Shown here: piece after piece, positions 20,951-31,913 of the stretch
Layout of the letters: every line of letters begins with the position of its first letter
Numbering within the stretch: position 1 is the first letter of the stretch
Assembly: GCF_001194135.2 (NCBI RefSeq)
Contig: NC_069007.1
Span: forward strand, 10,364,696-10,396,958
Direction: 5' to 3'
Source of the DNA: Octopus bimaculoides
Taxonomy: Eukaryota
DNA length: 32,263 nucleotides
Program-made: the position numbers and the translations under genes
Notes under the pieces: generated by a model
What the model was told of the DNA's origin: nothing
What the model saw: only the letters and a program-made list of their open reading frames with translations
Databases searched by the model: none

Positions 20951-21639
20951 TTTACTCTTTTTACTCTTTTACTCTTTTACTTGTTTCAGTCATTTGACTG
21001 CGGCCATGCTGGAGCACCGCCTTTAGTCGAGCTAATCGACCCCAGGACTTATTCTTTGGAAGCCTAGTATTTATTCTATCGGTCTCTTTTTGCCGAACCA
21101 CTAAGTTACAGGGACGTAAACACACCAGCATCGGTTGTCAAGCGATGGTGGGGGGACAAACATAGACACACAAACATATACACACACATACATATATATA
21201 TATATATTATTTTGTTTAAAAGAGTTCCAACACTGTCTGTTTTTTATGTTTTATTTATATTCCTGCAGAACCAATGTGGGGTATAGAATATGGAATATAA
21301 AATATATAATATAATATACAATATATAATATAAAATAAAATAAAATAAAAATGGATGGCACCATGAAAGAAAGTATTGAATGTAGATGAAATATTGAGTG
21401 TTCAATATAAAGGATCAAATATATAAATATAAATATATAAAGGCGACTCGAGTTTCAGGGCTATTTCCCTTCGTCATGGCCGGTATGACAGACTTTAACA
21501 GACTGCAGGACAGGCTTCTTTCAGTTTCCGTCTACCAAAACCACTCACAAGGCTTTGGTCGGCCCGAGGCTATAGTAGAAGACACTTGCCCAAGGTGCCA
21601 CGCAGTGGGACTGAACCCGGAACCATGTGGTTGGTAAGC
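20951..21639 (-). mobile_element. SINE family A split by a ~300-bp insertion (21208-21508)
   Basis: 3' half 20951-21207 and 5' half 21509-21639 are collinear with intact copies. Confidence 0.85.
21442..21481 (-). ncRNA. Minimal type-I hammerhead motif (1-nt core defect)
   Basis: Minus strand GGC-CATGACGA-AGGG(AAATAG)CCCT-GAAA-C(TCGA)G-TC^GCC; extra A in CUGACGA. Confidence 0.72.
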
Positions 21640-21754
21640 ATGCTGTGTTTTTAATAAGTTTGCAGTGGCATTGTGAGGTTATGAGTATGACTTCACTGCA
21701 TGACTGCTGTTGGTTAACGCTTAGCATTATAGCTGCGGGAAGGGCTATCGCTCC

Positions 21755-22020
21755 TTGTGAGTGAAAAGGGTTGACAGAAAAGTCGTGAGTTCAATTCTTG
21801 GCGATGTACTGTGTCCTTGAACAAGTCACTTTATTTCACGTTGCTTCTGTCCACTCAGTTGGCAAAACTGAGTTGTACCTGTTATTCAAAAGGGCCAGCC
21901 ATGTCACACTCTGTGTCACACTAAATTTCCCTAAGAACTCCATTAAGAAGATGCGTGTCTGTGGAGTGCTCAACCACTTGCGTATTAATTTCATGTGCTG
22001 CAACCTTTAACTGGAACCTT
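21755..22020 (+). mobile_element. SINE family B
   Basis: GAGTTCAATTC B box, TGTGTCCTTGAACAAGTCACTTTATTTCACGTTGC core. Confidence 0.75.
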
Positions 22021-22187
22021 CAGCGTTGTAACAGTGCCATATATGTGTTTGTGTGTGTGTATGTGTGTGAGTGTATATATGTGTGTGTACATAAATATGT
22101 ATGTATGCGTGTAATATATGTATATAATGTAAGAAGTGTTTATGTGTGCACATATAAATAATAAATAGATTCTGTGTGTATGTGTGT

Positions 22188-22238
<51 letters not shown>

Positions 22239-22877
22239 NNNNNNNNNNNNNNNNNNNNNNNNNNNNNNNNNNNNNNNNNNNNNNNNNNNNNNNNNNNNNN
22301 NNNNNNNNNNNNNNNNNNNNNNNNNNNNNNNNNNNNNNNNNNNNNNNNNNNNNNNNNNNNNNNNNNNNNNNNNNNNNNNNNNNNNNNNNNNNNNNNNNNN
22401 NNNNNNNNNNNNNNNNNNNNNNNNNNNNNNNNNNNNNNNNNNNNNNNNNNNNNNNNNNNNNNNNNNNNNNNNNNNNNNNNNNNNNNNNNNNNNNNNNNNN
22501 NNNNNNNNNNNNNNNNNNNNNNNNNNNNNNNNNNNNNNNNNNNNNNNNNNNNNNNNNNNNNNNNNNNNNNNNNNNNNNNNNNNNNNNNNNNNNNNNNNNN
22601 NNNNNNNNNNNNNNNNNNNNNNNNNNNNNNNNNNNNNNNNNNNNNNNNNNNNNNNNNNNNNNNNNNNNNNNNNNNNNNNNNNNNNNNNNNNNNNNNNNNN
22701 NNNNNNNNNNNNNNNNNNNNNNNNNNNNNNNNNNNNNNNNNNNNNNNNNNNNNNNNNNNNNNNNNNNNNNNNNNNNNNNNNNNNNNNNNNNNNNNNNNNN
22801 NNNNNNNNNNNNNNNNNNNNNNNNNNNNNNNNNNNNNNNNNNNNNNNNNNNNNNNNNNNNNNNNNNNNNNNNNNNNN

Positions 22878-22920
<43 letters not shown>
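22020..22920. repeat. (TG)/(TA)n, N gap, (GA)n
   Basis: Direct reading; gap 22239-22877. Confidence 0.95.
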
Positions 22921-22922
<2 letters not shown>

Positions 22923-22954
22923 CACGGAGGCAAAGTGGTTGAGTGGGTCTCATG

Positions 22955-23236
22955 GAGGCAATAACAGACCTTTGGTATTATGTTGTGCTTGAGAAGAAGA
23001 CCCATGAAGCCAAGCAAAATCAGAGTCATGGCAGATATTGGTGTCACACAAAGGGCACCCGTGCCAGTGGCATGTAAAAGCATCCATTACACTCTGAGTG
23101 GTTGGTGCTAGAAAGGGCATCCAGCTGTAGAAAACCATGCCAAATCAGAGTGGAGTCTGGTGCAGCTTGCCAGCCCTGGTCCAACTGTCCAACCCATGCC
23201 AGCATGAACAACAGACATTAAATGATGATGATGATT
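22955..23236 (+). mobile_element. RTE LINE 3' end
   Basis: DLWYYVVLEKKT (decayed ORF end) followed by a GGGCATCCAGCTGTAG...AACCCATGCCAGCATG...(ATG)n tail. Confidence 0.8.
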
Positions 23237-23657
23237 ATGGTGATATAACTATATACACTACCCTATATGTGGTTATATAAAAGAATGTATCGAGTTAAAA
23301 TCTAGACGCTCATAAATTAACTTTATATAGAAACCAATTCTGTTGTAGAATGGAGCCAGATGTTCAATTGTAACAGGCAGAAGGTAATTTAGATCCCTTT
23401 CTAGTTAACAGCTGATAAGCACAGAAACCGTCAGTCTCTATCCCTTTATCAAATTATCTCTAAACATTTAATTTTATTCTTTATTCTGCTTTTCTTCTCC
23501 TTCCTTATACTCTGATCATGAAGATAGAATCTTAATTTATGCTTAGCTGAAAATTCTTATTGCATGTAATAATGAGCTCATCATCTCTGTATAAACCTCT
23601 ACAAAAGTTGTTGAACTCATTATGTAATAAATGTAATATTTAAAAGATCAACAAATA

Positions 23658-24055
23658 GGCGCAAGAGTGGCTGTGTGGTAAGTAGCTTGCTTAACAACCA
23701 CATAGTTCCGGGTTCATTCCCACTGTGTGGCACCTTGGGCAAGTGTCTTCTACTATAGCCTCGGGCCGACCAAAGCCTTGTGAGTGGATTTGGTAGACGG
23801 AAACTGAAAGAATCCCGTCGTATATATGTATATATAAATATATGTATGTTTGTGTGTCTGTGTTTGTGCCCCCAGCATCGCTTGACAACCGATGGTGGTG
23901 TGTTTACGTCCCTGTAATTTAGCAGTTCGGCAAAAGAGACTGATAGAATAAGTACTAGGCTTCCAAAGAATAAGTCCTGGGGTCGATTTGCTCGACTAAA
24001 AGGCGGTGCTCCAGCATGGCCGCAGTCAAATGACTGAAACAAGTAAAAGAGTAAA
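23658..24055 (+). mobile_element. SINE family A, full length
   Basis: Complete head, core, internal microsatellite and tail. Confidence 0.95.
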
Positions 24056-24489
24056 TTTCTGCAGAGTGTAGGTTACTTATGAATGCATTGACATTTTCTT
24101 TTTTTTTTTTGTCTTTGATTCTGCATTTTGTATTTTAAAGATACTTGTGGTTTGTCTGTTACTATAACCACGGATTCAGTTTTGTCCACAAACTGCTGAA
24201 AATAGCACATTGCTTTGGATATTCATTTTCACAGTGTGAAATGACTGTATGATCTAATGAAGGACTTGTTTAAAATAAACACCTGAAGAAACACATTTTA
24301 CATCTTTGATAGGTGGTAATGAATACACAGTATATCAATTATATCATCTCACCAATGTACAATGAATGTAAGAATGCATGGAAACAATTGTAGTGATTCT
24401 CTGTTATTCATCTATATATGTATATACAAACAACAAATTCCATGTGACTCATGCAAAAACCCTAAATTTATTAAGAGTGAAAACATGTA

Positions 24490-24575
24490 GCACTGTGGTT
24501 ATGGCGTTAGGCTCATGATCCTTGAAAGTACACCGTGTTCTTTTGTGAGACACTTGGTTTCATGTTGTTGATATT
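24490..24575 (+). mobile_element. SINE family B remnant
   Basis: GGCTCATGATC...GTGTTCTTTTGTGAGACACTTGGTTTCATGTTG; heavily decayed. Confidence 0.45.
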
Positions 24576-24631
24576 TACTCGTTATGTCGTTTTACCAACC
24601 AAGGTTGGTTGAATACAGTTAAATTGATTAA

Positions 24632-24863
24632 CCCTTTAATGCTCAAACTACTCTGACAAATGTAAAGATTAATTATTCATATTATTTTGAATTAATCATG
24701 TATTATTTCATAGATTTCAGATTTTGATGAAGTTATTGACGATATTAGGTAGGTGTGAGAAGCTGGATCTGGCTAGTTTGAGACCGATAGAAGTACTAGG
24801 CTTACAAAAGTAAAACAGGAAGCATATTTGGGATGAATATGGCTGGTTTAAATGCTAAAGGTT
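24632..24863. mobile_element. piggyBac-like MITE
   Basis: TTAA-CCCTTTA... left end and ...AATGCTAAAGG-(T)TTTAA right end, with imperfect TIRs. Confidence 0.65.
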
Positions 24864-25059
24864 TTAATTTGTTTTTGAATATATTTGCTAGGTATTGATT
24901 CCTTGGCATTCATATTTAATTGAATCATTAATAAATAATTATAAATTTCATTGTATTGACTAGACTATCAGATACTGTTATACACCGCCGGTCACAATGT
25001 GTTTTCTCACATTATTGTAGCTTTTGAATGATACCTCCCAACTGGCTAGGTGGGCAGGT

Positions 25060-25286
25060 TGTTACGATCAGACAAATTATAATGTAAGAAAAAGGGGTTG
25101 GTGCAGATAGAACCATAACGAGAGATGGAGCTGCATACGGTTCGGACCGTTCACCACCTACCTTGAAACCATTGAGACTGGACATAATCTCCATATACGA
25201 ACATTTACTTCCCTGTTTGAACACTTTGTTGTTGCGATCAGAAGTTTACCCCGTTTTCTTACATTATAATTTGTCCGATCATAACA
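25060..25286. mobile_element. 227-bp Ginger-like non-autonomous DNA transposon
   Basis: TGTTA...TAACA termini, 39-bp TIR (36/39), exact 4-bp TSD AGGT (25056-59 / 25287-90). Confidence 0.8.
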
Positions 25287-25317
25287 AGGTAAACATCCCC
25301 CCTGAATGGAATGCATT

Positions 25318-25420
25318 TACTCATTTACAGCTGTGTGGACTGGAGCAACATGTTTCCAGTGTTTTGCTTAGAAACACAAGGCACCACCTGTCTAAGAATC
25401 GAAACCACAACCTTGTGGTT
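25318..25420 (-). mobile_element. SINE family B fragment
   Basis: Minus strand GGTTTCGATTC...AAGCAAAACAC...GTTGCTCCAGTCCAC. Confidence 0.65.
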
Positions 25421-25516
25421 GTGTTATGTCATGGGGGTTCGAATATCTCATCGCTAATAATGTTATGACAATGTTGGGTTGTAGAATAGTATTAGCCAAA
25501 TAAATATTTGGATATG

Positions 25517-25722
25517 TGGCCGTCGCCAGTACCCGCCTGACTGGCCCTCGTGCCGGTGGCACGTAAAAGCACCCACTACACTCTTGGAGTAGTTGGCGTT
25601 AGGAAGGACATCCAGCTGTAGAAACTCTGCCAGATCAGATTGGAGCCTGGTGTCGCCTCCTGGTCCACCAGTCCTCAGTCAAATCGTCCAACCCATGCTA
25701 GCATGGAAAGCAGACGTTAAAC

Positions 25723-25754
<32 letters not shown>
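25517..25754 (+). mobile_element. RTE LINE 3' UTR
   Basis: GTGCCGGTGGCACGTAAAAGCACCC...GTTGGCGTTAGGAAGGACATCC...(GAT)n. Confidence 0.85.
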
Positions 25755-25755
<1 letters not shown>

Positions 25756-26033
25756 ATGGTTATCTAGGGTAACCTTTTGCAGAATTAATATGTTCGCACA
25801 GCACGTGCTCCATACAATGCCAGGTGAAGATACGATATTAAACTAACACAGTAATCCGATACGAATGATCAACGCAGCCAACTGCCGACAGTTCACACAG
25901 GTTCTTTGTTTTATTGAAATGTATCAGTCCACTTTTAGTCATGGGGGTGGTCAGGATCCTTCCACAACAGTTTTGTGAGCTCAACAGCCTAGCCATCAGG
26001 CCATGCACCTTCATAGATAATTATAAATATATA

Positions 26034-26433
26034 GGTGCAGGTATGGCTGTGTAGTAAGAAACTTGCTTCCCAACTACATGGTTTGAGGTTCAGTCCCACT
26101 GCATGGCACCTTAGGCAAATGTCTTCTACAATAGCCACAGGGCAATCAAAGCCTTGTAAGTGGATTTGGTAGACACAATCTGAAAGAAGTCCATCATGTG
26201 TGTGTCTTTGTGTCTGTGTTTGTCCCACGCACCCTACCACCACTCGATAAGTAGTGTTGGTGTGTTTACGTCCCAGTAACTTAGCAGTTTGGCAAAAGAG
26301 ACCAATAGAATAAGTACGATAAGTACCAGGCTTTAAGACAAAAGTAAGTCCTTGGGTCAATTCAGTCAACTAAAAATTCTTCAAGGCGGTGCCCCAGCAT
26401 GGCCACAGTCTAATGACTGAAACAAGTAAAAGA
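26034..26433 (+). mobile_element. SINE family A, full length
   Basis: Head, core and tail all present. Confidence 0.92.
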
Positions 26434-26445
26434 AAAACGATATCA

Positions 26446-26664
26446 TTAATAAATAACGGTTTCAAATTTTGGCACAAGGCCATCGAGTTCAAAGGGAGTT
26501 GGGTAAGTTGATTTCATTGACCCCTATGCTCAACTGAAACTTATTTTGTCGACCCTGAAAGAACGAAAAGCAAAGTCGGCCTTGCTGAAATTTGAACTCA
26601 GAATCTAACGACAGACAAAATTCCACTCGGTGTTTTGCCTGGCATGCTAACTGCCAGCTTGTCA
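26446..26664 (-). mobile_element. SINE family C
   Basis: Minus-strand head GACAAGCTGGCAG, GAGTTCAAAT, central domain. Confidence 0.85.
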
Positions 26665-26977
26665 CTAAACATAATATCACTGAATTCTAACTCAGCACTT
26701 GAGGTATTAACCGTTATGAAGCTTAAAAATCAAAAAGAAGGAAACATTCAGAGAAGGTCACTTGATAAAACGCAAAAAATAAACACACCTAATGCAAACA
26801 GGAAGTGTTTTGATTACAAGTTTGAAGTGAGGCTAAACTTTGTTTCTTGAACAGAAGAGTGCTTAGTTCCAGTTTTTCACTCCCAAACAACAACATTGCT
26901 TGAACTGTAGTACAGGATTTGATTACAGGTGTAGATATCTGAGGTATAGAACTTTTAAGGGTTTAATTATGTTTGTG

Positions 26978-27230
26978 TCATCATCAGTATTGTCATCGTT
27001 TTAACATCCACTTTTCCATGCTTGCCTGGGTCAGAAGATATTTATTGTAGTGGGTTTTTCTATTGCTGGATGTCCTTCCTGTTGCCAAAACTCACCTGTT
27101 TCTCAGTAAGGTGATATTTTTCCCCGTAACTAAACATGTTTTTGTGGAAGACTGGAAACAGACACAGCTTGCATGATGGTCACACTTGTTTACAACCATC
27201 ACATGATAGTGATTCAAAGAGACAGTAACG
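26978..27230 (-). mobile_element. RTE-like 3' tail variant
   Basis: GGAAGGACATCCAGCAATAG...GCATGGAAAAGTGGATGTTAAAAC(GAT)n; a related piece lies at ~30395-30520. Confidence 0.65.
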
Positions 27231-27242
27231 TGCACACGCACG

Positions 27243-27350
<108 letters not shown>

Positions 27351-27433
27351 CTATCCACCAAATTCACTCACAAAGCTTTGGTTGGCCAAATTTTTCTTCC
27401 AGCTGAGTCACTTGTGTATTTTTTGTGTACGTA

Positions 27434-28253
27434 TACTCTTTTACTCTTTTACTTGTTTCAGTCATTTGACTGTGGCCATGCTGGAGCACCACCTTTAGTC
27501 GAGCAAGTCAACCCCAGGACTTATTCTTTGTAAGCCTAGTACTTATTCTATTGATTTCTCTTACTGAACCGCTAAGTTACAGGACGTAAACACACCGGCA
27601 TCAGTTGTCAGGCGATGTTGGGAGGACAAACACAGACACACACATACATATATATACATATACGACGTATGTATGTGTTTATGTGTGCGCACACACTATA
27701 TACACACAAGCTGTTTATGGTTGTAAAAAGTTGTATACAGAAGTGGATAGAAGTTGTGGAAAAGGGAAGACATGGAATGAAGTGCTGAAGGCTGATCTCA
27801 AGATGCTAAGCCTTGTGAAAGAGAAGACTAATGACTAGGATATCTGGTGCCTTGCTGTACTCAAGATCTGTCTGCCACAGCAGAATTGATACCAATGATG
27901 GTGCCAATGATAAAAGCACTGGTGCTGTTGCCGCATAAGAAAAATACCCACTACGCTCTGTGGAGTGGTTGGTATTAGAAAGGGCATCTAGCCATTGAAA
28001 CCATACTGAAACAGACAATTGAGCCTGGTGTGGCCGCTGGCCTTACCAGCTCTGGTCAAACCATCATACCCATGTCAGCAGGGAAATTGGACATTGAATG
28101 ATGATGATGATGATGATGGGCTTCCATACTGTTTCCTTCTACCAAACCCATTTACCAGGTATTGCTCAGCCTGGGGCTACGGTAGAAGACACTTGCCTAA
28201 GGTGCCATGCAGTGGGATTGAACCTGAAACCATGTGGTTGCAAAGTGAGCTTA
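27434..28253 (-). mobile_element. SINE family A halves (27434-27667, 28118-28253) flanking an RTE insertion
   Basis: Left half ends TACGACG, right half resumes GGGCTTCC; intact copies read TACGACGGGCTTC. Confidence 0.75.
27715..28117 (+). mobile_element. RTE LINE 3' end with ORF2 C-terminus
   Basis: CKKLYTEVDRSCGKGKTWNEVLKADLKMLSL...D*DIWCLAVL (decayed GRPxKTW...DL motif), then a (GAT)n tail. Confidence 0.8.
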
Positions 28254-28290
28254 AACAGCTTATTTGTTGTTATTATTATTATTTTTACCT

Positions 28291-28432
28291 AGGAGTGGCT
28301 GCTTACCAACCACATGGTTCCGGGTTCAGTCCCACTGCATGGCACCTTGGGCAAGTGTCTTCTACTATAGCCTCGGGCCGACCAAAGCCATGTGAGTGGA
28401 TTTGGTAGACGGAAACTGAAAGAAGCCTGTCG

Positions 28433-28479
<47 letters not shown>

Positions 28480-28713
28480 GTATGTGTGTTTGTGTGGTTT
28501 GTGTGTCTGTGTTTGCCCCCCCCCCCATTGCTTGACAACCGATGCTGGTGTGTTTACATCCCCGTAACCTAGCGGTTCGGCAAAAAGAGACCGATAGGAT
28601 AAGTACTAGGCTTCCAAAGAATAAGTCCTGGGGTTGAATTGCTCGACTAAAAGGCTGTGCTCCAGCATGGCCGCAGTCAAATGACTGAAACGGGTTAAAG
28701 AGTAAAAGAGTAA
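28291..28713 (+). mobile_element. SINE family A (deletion in tRNA head)
   Basis: GAGTGGCT joined directly to GCTTACCAACC; the rest is complete. Confidence 0.92.
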
Positions 28714-29225
28714 TATTTTTGGAAGAGACAAAAGACTGCCACATCATCATGTCTCTATCTGGGGACTTAAATCAATTAGCAAGTATGTTTAAAACATATA
28801 ACCCCTACCAAGTCTTAATACTTCCACCCCATTATCGCTACCCATGTGGACATCAAATAATTCAAATACTTCATAGCTTTGCCTCTTCATCCTGTAGGGT
28901 TTATGAAAAAAACCATTAAAGAGCTGCCAGCCCCTCTTGAGACCATTATATTGATGTCAATACCATTAATAATTTTGAAATTTTTACTAAATTAATTATC
29001 AAAATGTTTGAAATATGTTGTTAATTTTAGTATATTTTGTTTTTATTTTACTTTTAGTTTAGAAACCCATAATAAAAAGAAACTTAGTAGAGTCAGTAGA
29101 GCATCAAGCAGCATGACTTGTGTCATATATCCTGACTCCCTGTTGTTTGAGTTCAATTTCTGTTTAAATCCTCATAATCCTTCCTGTTTTTGCAGTTGAT
29201 AAATGAAAAAAAAAAAATTACTATA

Positions 29226-29385
29226 GGCGCAGGAGTGGTTCTGTGGTAAGAAGCTTGCTTCCCAGCCACATGGTGCTGGGTTCAGCCCCACTGCGTGACA
29301 CCTTGGGCAAGTGTCTTCTACTATAGCCTCGGGCTGACCAAACCCTTGTGAGTGGATTTGGTAGACAGAAACTGAAAGAAGCCTG

Positions 29386-29445
<60 letters not shown>

Positions 29446-29658
29446 ATTTGTTATTTGTGTCTGTGTTTGTTCCCCACCACCATCACTTGACAACCAATGT
29501 TAGTGTGTTTACATCCCCGTAACTTAGCAGTTTGGCAAAAGAGACTGATAGAATAAGTACTAGGCTTACAAAGAATGAGTTCTGAGGTTGATTTGTTCAA
29601 CTAAAAGTGGTGCTCCAGCATGGCCACAGTCAAATGACTGAAACAAGTAAAAGAGTAA
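29226..29658 (+). mobile_element. SINE family A, full length
   Basis: Complete, with expanded internal (TA)n. Confidence 0.95.
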
Positions 29659-29661
29659 TTG

Positions 29662-29765
29662 AGAGTAAGGAACTAGCAGGATCATTGATTTTAGCTCTTT
29701 GTATTCTGAGTTCAGTTCCTGCCAAGGTTCTCCTAGTCTTTCATCCTTCATCAGTTGATAAATAT
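29662..29765 (+). mobile_element. Decayed SINE family C
   Basis: CTGAGTTCAGTTCC...TTTCATCCTTCATCAGTTGATAAAT; a similar remnant lies at ~30300-30385. Confidence 0.55.
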
Positions 29766-29779
29766 TTTCTAATTTAGGG

Positions 29780-29930
29780 TATGGCATTAAACTGCATCTG
29801 GTGGTGAGGCTCCATTTTGGGAACTCTGGAGTTGTGCTGTGTGTGAAGTCACCCCTTAATTAGTATTACTCCCAGGTCTATTCTGACCCAGAATGGTAGT
29901 ACCTGTCTGAGTCCCATCTATAGGTTAAGT
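29780..29930. repeat. Probable interspersed repeat, unclassified
   Basis: AAACTGCATCTGGTGGTGAGGCTCC...ATTACTCCCAGGTC recognised from memory only; single copy here. Confidence 0.35.
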
Positions 29931-30523
29931 AAATTTTTGTAAGGGTAGATCGAGCAATTAATTTAGAAGGAAAACTCCAAAATTAATACCCTATTCCAGT
30001 ATGCTCTAAGCCAGGACAGAAAAGTATGGTTTATAAAACTAATATGAGGTATAACGAATAACATGGATTCTGATTGGAGGGAGCCACCACCAGACCCTCT
30101 ACAGATGATCAGAAAGCACATCAGTGTTTCTGGACTGGTGTGACAGATGCAATCATGGGTTCACTCCAGCAACCTCAGACTGGAGTGTGCCCTAAATTCC
30201 CTTGCCAAGGATCAAATACTATGAATACTATCTCATGTTGTGCATTTTTGCCACAGATGGAGATAACAGGAAGGGATTATTGCAAGATACCTTGTTGTAA
30301 TTAATCTGGCACATTGCATTCTGAATTCAATTCCTGCCAGAGTCATCTTAGCTCCACATTCTTCTGCTGTCAATAAATGAATAATCTCAGATTTAGGTTG
30401 ATGGACTGGTAAGATACCTTGTAGTCAGATAGTTTATCAAAGCAGATTTTCTGTGGCTGGATGCTCTTCCTTTCACTGACCCTCACCTGTTTCTAAACAA
30501 GTTAATATATTCTCGTGAATATA

Positions 30524-30840
30524 GTTGGGCGAAATGCTTAGCGGTATTTCATCTGCCGTTGCGTTCTGAGTTCAAATTCCGCCGAGGTCGACTTTGCCTT
30601 TCATCATTTCGGAGTCAATAAATTAAGTACCAGTTACGCACTGGGGTCAATGTAATCGACTTAATCCCTTTGTCTGTCCTTGTTTGTCCCTTCTATGTTT
30701 AGCCCCTTGTGGGCAATAAAGAAATGAGAAACATTAGCACGCCGAGTGAAATGCTTAGTGGTATTTCGTCTGTCTTTATGTTCTGAGTTCAAATTCCGTC
30801 GAAATTTGACTTTGCCTTTCATCCTTTCGAGGTCGATGTA
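30524..30840 (+). mobile_element. Two tandem SINE family C copies; the first has a different 3' tail
   Basis: Same body as the other C copies; tail ...TAGCCCCTTGTGGGCAATAAAGAAAT instead of ...AGAAAGG(ATT)n. Confidence 0.85.
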
Positions 30841-31259
30841 AATCCTTTTATGGTGAATAAAGAATAAGTGCCTTTTACTGGGACAAAAATTAACACGCTA
30901 GTTTATTCTTTTCTACTGTATGAAATGTTTCATAGAAGACTAAACATGAACAACATTGCTTGTTTGATAGTGAAATTAGTTTTTTTTTTATATAATCATG
31001 TGATGTTAAGACAAAGACACACAAAGAAATGTACAAACTGCCTCTCACTTAATTTCTTTCTTGTCAACTTTACCCTGGAGAAAGACCCTGTCTGAAATGT
31101 TGGATTTTTTCCACTTTCTACAGTAAGTTCATCATGATATTTTTGTCGGTCATATTAAGTTATATAGACTTGCCAGTGCAGAACATTATCAGTCTCAATG
31201 GCGTTTTTTTTAAAATCATATATCTATATATATGTGTGTCTGTGTATATGTATGTGATG

Positions 31260-31415
31260 AGTTTCTTTCAGTTTTCATCTGTCAGATCTGCTTGCAAGAT
31301 ATTTGTTGACCCACAGCTAATGTAGAAGACACCTGTGCAAGGTGTCACACAGTGAGACTAAACCCGAAACAATATGGTTGGCAAGCAGACTTCTTAACCA
31401 CACAGACACACCTGC
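31260..31415 (-). mobile_element. SINE family A 5' half (diverged)
   Basis: Head and core on the minus strand. Confidence 0.75.
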
Positions 31416-31765
31416 ATTTACCTCTACTCACACATGTGCCCACAGCCAGCTAAACTGAAAAATGCTTTATCTTTCCACTGTTCATGATGGCACAAACCCA
31501 TCGTTTGTTCGATTGATTGTAATGATTAATTCATTGCAGCTGGTGACATTTTAAAGAAGAAAAATTAAACAGGAACAAATAAATGAGTCATGTTTCTAAT
31601 TATCAGGGTTCCATATTTTATTCATGCTGGATGGCAACACGGAAAAATATTTCCAATTTGGCCTTCCTCCAAAAGAGTTTGCCAACCCTTGTACCAGACC
31701 AATGAAACTGAAATTCCACCTGTTCCTTAACTGACACACACACATACACATCTATATATATAGTT

Positions 31766-31913
31766 GTGTGTGTGGTAAGAAGTTTGCTTCCCAACCACAT
31801 GGTTCTGGGTTCAGTCCCACTGCATGACACCTTGTGCAAATGTCCTCTACTTTAGCCTTGGGCTGACCAAAGTCTTGTAAGTCCATTCGGTAGATAGAAA
31901 CAGAATGAAGCCC
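31766..31913 (+). mobile_element. SINE family A 5' half, ending at AAGCCC
   Basis: Truncated by the following element. Confidence 0.85.

Noticed and set aside
799-22992. Long ORFs in the track (poly-X, poly-V/C/Y/H/T/N)
   Set aside because: They run through N gaps or di/tri/tetranucleotide microsatellites and have no coding signal.
23658-23735. tRNA gene
   Set aside because: A/B boxes are present but the acceptor stem is not; it continues into SINE core sequence. The same holds for all similar heads.
26690-26960. Possible exon with a repeated TGTAATCAAAA motif
   Set aside because: All frames between the plausible splice sites contain stops.
28720-28960. Candidate small exons on either strand (also 15032-15080, 24141-24250, 25781-25823)
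   Set aside because: Only generic AG/GT signals and short unrecognisable peptides, at the level expected by chance in AT-rich DNA.
31605-31702. CAGGGTT...GGCAACAC and AGTTTGCCAACCCTTG as DNA-transposon ends
   Set aside because: Too short and degenerate; no matching partner TIR or TSD.
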